Shown here piece after piece: positions 56,081-64,000 of a DNA stretch of 64,000 nucleotides. A program made the translations under genes and the position numbers. The stretch is from Eledone cirrhosa (lineage: Eukaryota). Location of the stretch: the NCBI GenBank assembly GCA_964016885.1, contig OZ024743.1:227912001-227976000 (forward strand), written 5' to 3'. The notes below the pieces were generated by a model. The model searched no databases. It saw only the letters and a list, made by a program, of their open reading frames with translations, and was not told the DNA's origin. Numbering within the stretch: position 1 is the stretch's first letter; each line of letters begins with the position of its first letter.

Positions 56081-57280
56081 TAATTAATATATGAAGGGAG
56101 AGAATCAATGAAAATAATATGAAATTTCATAGAAAGTGATTGTAGTGTTCTTTCAAAACATTGTTTCTTTTGGTATTTTTTCGGTCACTATTTAGATCTT
56201 AACTCTTTCCCTCTTTTTCACCACACATACACACAATGAGAACCAGCCAGCTCCTTAAGTTATATTTATATATATTAAAATAAAAGATTAAAGTTTAAGC
56301 AAAGAATCGCTGCTTTCACCCTTAACGGGATCTTCTGAAATATATATGTATTCAGTTGATAAGTAGTGATATATTACATTAGGTAGCATATATGCTTTAC
56401 CATGAGTTAGATTTTCGGTGTTAAAATTGTTTAATAATATCAGTATCTCTCTCTTTGTTATAGGTGTATTATACAAAGTGTTTATATTAAGAATGAGGGA
56501 TCAAAGTTGCAGTTTGCTATATTATACTCATAATCACACATAACATGTCTTTCATAAATGCTCAAATACAATCAGCTTCGACTCTGGGATCAATTTTCTC
56601 ATCAGATGCTTTGGAGATGAGAATTGGGAGAGAGAGAGTGGGGTGTGGTCATGGGTGTGTGGTTAAAGAGTTCACTTCACAAGCACATGGTTTTGGATTC
56701 AGTCCAGCTGTGTGGCACATTGCGCATGTATCATTTACTATAGCCTTGAGACAATCAATGCCTCATGCATGAACTTTGGTAGACAAAAACTTTGTGAAAG
56801 CCTGCCATATAATATATGTGTGTGTGTGTTTAATTTCAGTTTTTCTGCTGTAACTTAGCAGTTCCCCCAAAACAGATTGATAAAATAAGTGCTAAACATA
56901 AAAAAAAAAAAAAAAGCACCAACAATGATATGATCAACTCTAAATCCTGTTAAGTTTCTTCAACAGACAAGTCTAATGACTGAACCCAGTAAAAAGTGAA
57001 TACTAGAATATGTATATATGTACGTGTTTGAGTAGGTGGGGGCGAGAGACGAAGTGAAAAGCTATAGTAGTACTACACAAGGTCAAGGCTACACCCATGC
57101 CTATCCCTTTTCCCCATGATATCACTACTTTACTTTTAAAAAATCCATTCATCTTGCAATATTCCTTTCTCTGGGAATAGTTTTTGATGAGAACAAATCT
57201 TTCCCTCTGTTTATCTATCTATATATATGCACACAGACACACACATACATGTCTGTGCGTGTTTGTTTGTATATATGTAT

Positions 57281-57612
57281 ATCATCATCATCATTTCATT
57301 TTATGTCCACTTTTCCCTGCTTGCAAGGGTGGGACGGGAACTGATTCTGGCTTGATTTCTACAGCTGGATGCCCTTCCTAACACCAACCTCATTTACAGT
57401 GAGTGCTGGGTGCTTTTTTGCCGTGGCACCTCCACGACCACTTTGCAGTGGAATGATATGGACCCCAGTCCCTATCATCTCATTTCTACAGCTGAGTAAA
57501 CTGGAGCAATGTGAAATAAAGTGTCTTGCTCAAGGAAACAACACATCACCCGGCCTGAGAATTGAACTCACAACCTTTCGATTGCAAGGCCAATGCTCTA
57601 ACCACTAAGCCA
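57281..57612 (-). mobile_element. Full-length SINE family A
   Basis: A-box TGGCTTAGTGG, B-box GAGTTCAATTC, central hairpin, RTE-like tail, (GAT)n end. Confidence 0.93.
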
Positions 57613-57723
57613 TATATATATATATGTGTGTGTGTGTGCGTGTGTATATATGTGTGTGTAATGTATATATATATATATATACATACACACACACACACAT
57701 GTCTGTGTGTTTGTGTGTATTGA

Positions 57724-57773
<50 letters not shown>

Positions 57774-58419
57774 GGTACATAAACTCCATAAACATTCATT
57801 ACAGCACAAATATACACACACACAATCTCTCTCTCACACGCACACATACACATATGCATGTATATGTATATATATTCATAAATTTCAAATGGAAAAGACA
57901 AGAGTGACTTTTATTCAGGATACTTAATGGAAAATTAAAAAGATATCCAGAAAAGTCGATATATCGAATCTTCTTCATTTTTTATTCAGTGTTGCCTCTC
58001 TCCTTTGTTATTTTAACTCTCTAATATATTCAAAACAGAAGACAAATTCTTCTTCTTATTATTATTATTGTTGTTTACTGCCACCATCTTCACCTATATA
58101 ACACCCCGGAACACTACCCATCATTCTTCCTCCCCTTTTTTTCTCTCTTGTTCTCTTTCTCACATTTTCTCCCTCTCCTCTCTCTGTGTATCTATATCTC
58201 TCTTGTTCTTTCTTACCCCTCTCTCTGTCTCTTGCTATTTGTGTCTCTTTCCCTCTCTCCCTCTGCTTCAACTGTCTCTATCTCTCTCTATAACCCTTCA
58301 ATTTATTGTGTGTGTTTTTATCACACTATTATTTTTTTCTCCCTTATTGAATGATTGCAGGTAATTCTTGTGGCCAACATTGAGATGAAAAAGAATATCC
58401 AAAAAATAAGACAGACAGA

Positions 58420-58424
<5 letters not shown>

Positions 58425-58490
<66 letters not shown>
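58425..58490. repeat. (GA)n microsatellite
   Basis: Direct reading. Confidence 0.97.
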
Positions 58491-58493
<3 letters not shown>

Positions 58494-59154
58494 CAGAGAG
58501 ATGGACACAAAATGAGAGAGAGAGGGGATAGTAAATGAGGAGAGTGGTGAGGGAGGAGTGTGGTTTAGAGCAGAAATAGATGGAAGGTAGAGATGAGAGG
58601 AGTGAGGTGAGATGGGATGGGATGGAATGGAAATCGCATGGCAAACAAACCTAAGAGAGACAGAGGCTGTCATGAAGTAGAAAATTCCTATCTTAGACAT
58701 GCAAAATGATAAAAAAAATAGACATAAATTTAACAAAATAAATGAAATAAAAACAAAACAAAACATTTATAAATTGTAAAATATAATAAATAAACAAATT
58801 TTTTATGATTACAAATAAAATTAAATATAAACAAAGACAACTAACATCTTTTTGTTTTTATCTTGCCCACCAACCCAACCCCACACAAACACATACATAT
58901 ATGTGTGTATATATATATATGCATATATATATGTGTGTGTATATATATATATATATATACACGTATATATGTGGATGTTCTGACTAAAACCCTGAAACTG
59001 AGATGAATTCAATGATGCAAACACACACAGACACACACACTTTAGAGGGAGCCAAGAGAAAAAAATTCCAAGAAAACAAAAGTAGTTTCTTTCTACTTCA
59101 CTCTTCACAATATTATTCATTAAATTACCAAAATAAATAATATATTTAATATGC

Positions 59155-59632
59155 ATAGATATATAGATATATATATATATATATATAAATATTTATATAT
59201 ATATATATATCAATATTTATATATATAGTGTATATATATATAAATATAAATATTTATATATATATATAATGCATATATATATAGTGTATATATAATGCAT
59301 ATATATATATAGTGTGTGTATATATATATATAGCATATATATATATATACATATATATAATATATATATATACATATATAATATATATATATACATACAT
59401 ATATATATAATATATATATATACATATATATATAATATATATATATACATACATATATAATATATATATATACATATATAATATATATATATACATACAT
59501 ATATAATATATATATATACATATATATACACATATGTATATGTATAGCATATATATATATATAGCATATATATATATAATATATATATATACATACATAT
59601 ATATATATACACATATATGTATATATATAGCA

Positions 59633-59666
<34 letters not shown>
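59155..59666. repeat. (TA)n-rich tract
   Basis: Direct reading. Confidence 0.95.
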
Positions 59667-59668
<2 letters not shown>

Positions 59669-59857
59669 GGAACGAGTAGGACCCCGACGGCTGAGCTCAA
59701 CCCGTTTCGACGGCTAATTCTGTCCAGAATTAGCTGTCGAAACGGCTTGAGCTCAGCCGTCGGGGTCCTACTTGTTCCTATTACCCACTCTACTACCCTA
59801 AGTATTGAGTACTTTGGTGCGTTATGGTCCACCTGGTTCCTTACCACATTTCCTTTG

Positions 59858-59859
<2 letters not shown>
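59667..59859 (+). mobile_element. Hairpin element family H4, best-preserved copy
   Basis: 114-bp near-perfect palindrome 59667-59780 plus ~79-bp tail; (TA)n on both sides. Confidence 0.88.
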
Positions 59860-59908
<49 letters not shown>

Positions 59909-60983
59909 TATATATAATGCATATATATATATATATAAACAAAAAATATACAGAAAGAGGTGGGGAGGAACAAAAATAGATAAAGCGCCGACACAACCTA
60001 TATTTGATGGCAACAACAGCACCACAAATACTGCCGCCAATAATAATATCACTATTACAATATTCACATCTACAACCATCACAAACACACCACCACCACC
60101 ACCACTACCTCCACTATCACTACTAGAACTACCAACAACAACCAACAACTCCACTATCACAACAACAATCAACAACAACACCACTACCACAAACAACAAG
60201 AAAATGAAATAAAATTGCCAGAGTTGAGTTAGAACTGAGGACTAAAAGGCAGGTTGGATTGGGGGGGGGGGGGGAGAAAGAGAGAGAGAGAGAGATATGG
60301 AGAGAGATGGAGAGGTAGATGGACAGAGAGAGATGGAGAGAGTGAGAGAGAGAGAAATGGAGAGAGGGAGGTGCAGAGAGGCAGAGAGGGAGATGGAAAG
60401 AGAGAGGGGGAGAGAGAGAGATGGGGGTGAGCTTTTAAAGTAAGACGAAATACGAACTACATACGTATAGAACATTCCACGGCAGGAAAATCTACAGTTA
60501 TTCTCAAAAGCAGCAATGCAATATGCAATATGCTTTTTACATGAATCCTCAACAGCAGATTATGTTACTTACTTTTAGTCAGAGAGAGAGAAAAAGAAAC
60601 AAAGAACCAGGGTACGTTGAGGGGGGGGGGGGGGGGTAAACAAGAAAACACAAGAATTTTAGCAAATTGATCGTTGGAGACTGTGAGGGGGGGGGGGGGG
60701 GTTAAGGTGAGTATGGCGGATAGGCTAGGCTGGCTTAGGATGTGGAGAAGAGGGAAGGAACGTTGATTTTTCAGTATGTGTATGTTTGTTTGTGTGAGTG
60801 TAGATATGTGTGACAGTGGTCTTGGCAGCGGAGGTGGTATGTATATGTAGTTGTGGTGGCAGTTTGTTTAGGATGATGTTTTTATTGTTATTTTTTCATA
60901 TTTATATATAAATATATACATATATACATAAATATATATAAATATAAATATATACATATATATATGAATATATACATATATAT

Positions 60984-62540
60984 ACTAGACGATATCAATA
61001 TAGTTATAAGAACACCCCCACTAGAGAACACTAACAAGTTGGATTTAGAACGTAGCACGATGGAAAGCATCCAGCAGATAGCTAATTCCATACACCAGAG
61101 TATAACTGTAACTATAGACTTCCCTTCCAAACACCCTAACAATAGACTACCTGTATTAGACACAGAACTCTGGATTAACACTATAGACGAGAGAGCCCAA
61201 ATTCTCCACTCACACTATGCTAAACCCATGGCCTCCAAATACCTGATACTCAAAAACTCAGCAATGTCCAGTAGTGCTAAGTTTAATATTCTGATCGCAG
61301 ATTTGGTACGAGTGATGAAGAATGTGTCCAGCATGTGCGACCCAACAGAAATGGAAGGACACATCCAACACTTCATCAACCGCATGCAGTTCTCTGGCTA
61401 CAACCAAAGAGACAGAGTCAGAGTATACGAAGGAGCCATGGAAAAGTATAAGACCCTCATAGAACTGGACATGAAAGGAATTTGCCACTATACAGGAGCA
61501 AATCATGGAATAGCTTAGATAGGGCTAGACATAAGATAGGGAAGGCCACATCATGGTACGACAACCAGAGATATCAGAGTGTCATGTTTGTGGACGCCAC
61601 CCCTGGAGGGAAATTAGCTAACCAGTGTAGAAAGCCCTGAGAAAGACCCACTTAAAAATAAAGGTGGTAGAAAAGCCAGGAACCACCATAAAATCCCTGA
61701 TCAGCAAAACCTACCCTTTTAAGAAAACCCACTGTACCAATAGGAAATGTATCATATGTAAGGTGAACCCCCGGATAAACTGTAAAACTAGAAACGTAGT
61801 CTATAGCATAAGATGTACAGAGGGTACTTGTAGAAACACGACAACAACATACATAGGTGAGACAGCTCGTAGCATAGGTGAAATGAAAGGATAGACCAAC
61901 ACTGGGGGGAACTAAAAGGACGAAAAAACGGGTCAGTACTATACGGACATGCTAGACAACATCATGACGGTAACATAGACAACATAGAAATTAGAATAAT
62001 ATCTAAACATAGGAATGACCCAGCAGATAGGCAAATCAGAGAGGCCAGTGAAATAGAAATTAGAAGGCCAAAGCTAAACAGAAAGAATGAGTGGAACAAC
62101 AACAACACCCAAACAAACAACACTGACCTAAGAGAAGTATAAATAAATAAGTAAATTAAATTAAATAAAATAAGATAAATAAATACATACACAAGCACAT
62201 AAACACACACTAGTCACCCAGCAGACACAACACTATACACACTAGTCACACATCACACACGCAAACGCATGCGCAAAGAAGACAAAATAAAATAAGATAA
62301 ACAAACAAGCAAACAAATAAATAAATATATAGACGGACTGAACAAAAAAAATGGCGTAGACATACAACACAACAGGAGGAACAATGAATATAACACCACT
62401 GACGATGTTGCAGATGTGCAACGAAAGATTTATGTAAACTATATATATATGTGTTTGTCTATATTGTATCTGTATTATTTTATTTTTGACCGCCGGTCAG
62501 TCAATGGCAACATTGAGGACCGAGTAAGTTAGATCGCAGA
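60984..62540 (+). mobile_element. Penelope-like retroelement remnant (RT C-terminal half, GIY-YIG endonuclease, 3' region)
   Basis: ORF 60964-61518 has DDI, LPVLDTELW, YAKP and FSGY. ORF 61664-61894 has C..C..C, VVYSIRC and YIGETARS (GIY-YIG). A downstream frame gives H..QHH, REA.EI and P.LN. Frameshifted; HHR-like core at 62399-62426. Confidence 0.9.
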
Positions 62541-62718
62541 TATATATATATAAAAGACAGCGAGAAGCGAAAACCAACCAAACAGTGAGTGTGTTCTGTT
62601 ATTAATTCTGGCAATATTACGCAAATATGACCCTCCCCAAATATAACAATACATATATATATATATATATATATATAAATATATACATATATATGTAAAT
62701 ATATACATATATATATAA

Positions 62719-62795
<77 letters not shown>

Positions 62796-62854
62796 AATAT
62801 ATACATATATATATATGTATATATATATATAAATATATACATATATATATATAT

Positions 62855-64000
62855 GTGTCGACTTGGAGAAAGCCTTCGACAGAGTCCCCCGTTCCATTAT
62901 CTGGTGGGCCCTTAGAAAACTAGGCGTTGACGAATGGCTTGTGAGAGCTATACAAGCCATGTATAAAGAAACAGTCAGCAAGGTCAGAATTAACAACGAA
63001 TATAGTGAAGAGTTTAGCGTAAAAGTTGGCGTCCATCAGGGCTCTGTTCTCAGCCCCCTACTATTTATTATTGCCCTTCAGGCTATAACAGAGGAGTTCA
63101 AGACCGGCTGCCCATGGGAACTCCTATACGCAGACGACCTAACACTCATAGCTGAATCAATGGCCGAGCTAGAGAAGAAATTCCAAACATGGAAGCACGG
63201 CCTAGAATCAAAAGGCCTTAAAATTAATCTGGCTAAGACCAAAGTTCTAGTTTGTAGGAAAGAAAATAAGGCGGCGGTCCCTTCCGGGAAGTGGCCATGC
63301 TCAGTGTATAGGAAAGGTGTAGGTAGAAACTCCATTTTGTGTCAGAAATTCAAAGTATGGGTGCATAAAAGATGTAGTGGGATCACAGGTAAGCTAACTA
63401 AGAACATAGATTTCACATGTGGCCGGTGCTCTGGTGCAATAAGTAGCAGCAAGTGCACACAAAATACTAGCTCTTTCAACTGCGCAGAGGGATCTATAGA
63501 AATAGTGGACAGCTTCCGTTACCTGGGTGACAAAATCAGCAGTGGGGGAGGGTGCTCTGAAAGTACAGTAGCTAGAGTCAGAACTGGATGGAAAAAGTTC
63601 AGAGAGCTTATACCACTATTAGCTGCTAAAGGGTTCTCCCTAAAAACGAAAGGCAGGTTGTATGATGCCTGCATACGAACTGCAATGTTGCATGGCACTG
63701 AGACCTGGGCATTGTGTGCAGAGGATATGTGCAGACTAGAGAGGAACGAAGCTTGCATGCTTCGCTAGATGTGTAATAGTAATATAGGTGAACGGCAAAG
63801 CATAAACGAACTAAAGAAAAAATTAGAAATAAGAGGGCTCGGATGTTGTTTGCTCGAGAGAAGGCTACGTTGGTATGGACACGTGATGCGCATGAAAGTC
63901 GATAGCTGTATAACAAAGTGCAGGGCAATAAAGATAGACGGTAGCCACGGAATAGGCAGACCTAGAAAAACCTGGGACGAGCTGATAAACTCCGACCTCA
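62855..64000 (+). mobile_element. RTE-B LINE, 5'-truncated, runs off window end
   Basis: ORF 62863-63768 is nearly identical to the protein encoded by the 24327-27478 copy ([17 protein letters not shown]); begins at (TA)n. Confidence 0.96.

Noticed and set aside
57545-57612. tRNA gene
   Set aside because: A and B boxes are present but there is no convincing cloverleaf; it is the head of a multi-copy SINE.
62399-62426. Complete active hammerhead in the Penelope 3' region
   Set aside because: Core and stem II are present, but no matching stem I or valid NUH site was found.

Overview
AT-rich, repeat-dominated eukaryotic DNA with no recognisable host protein-coding exon. The mix of Deu/Nin-domain and RTE-tailed tRNA-derived SINEs, RTE LINEs with (GAT)n tails and very large (TA)n/(CA)n tracts resembles an octopod cephalopod genome (inference only). 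The window holds ten copies or fragments of two RTE LINE subfamilies plus older relics, one Penelope-like (PLE) RT/GIY-YIG remnant, one L1/Tx1-like 3' fragment, at least two SINE families, piggyBac-like and Tc1/mariner-like MITEs, and a 200-N gap. Most track ORFs are microsatellite translations. The most interesting signal is a set of at least five unrelated short element families, mostly embedded in (TA)n, that carry minimal hammerhead-ribozyme (HHR) motifs. Several have fold-back inverted arms ending inside the ribozyme stems. One four-copy family is a near-perfect hairpin with covarying arms that keeps only the GAAA/stem III/GUC half of a hammerhead. Coordinates were read by eye and may be off by a few bases.
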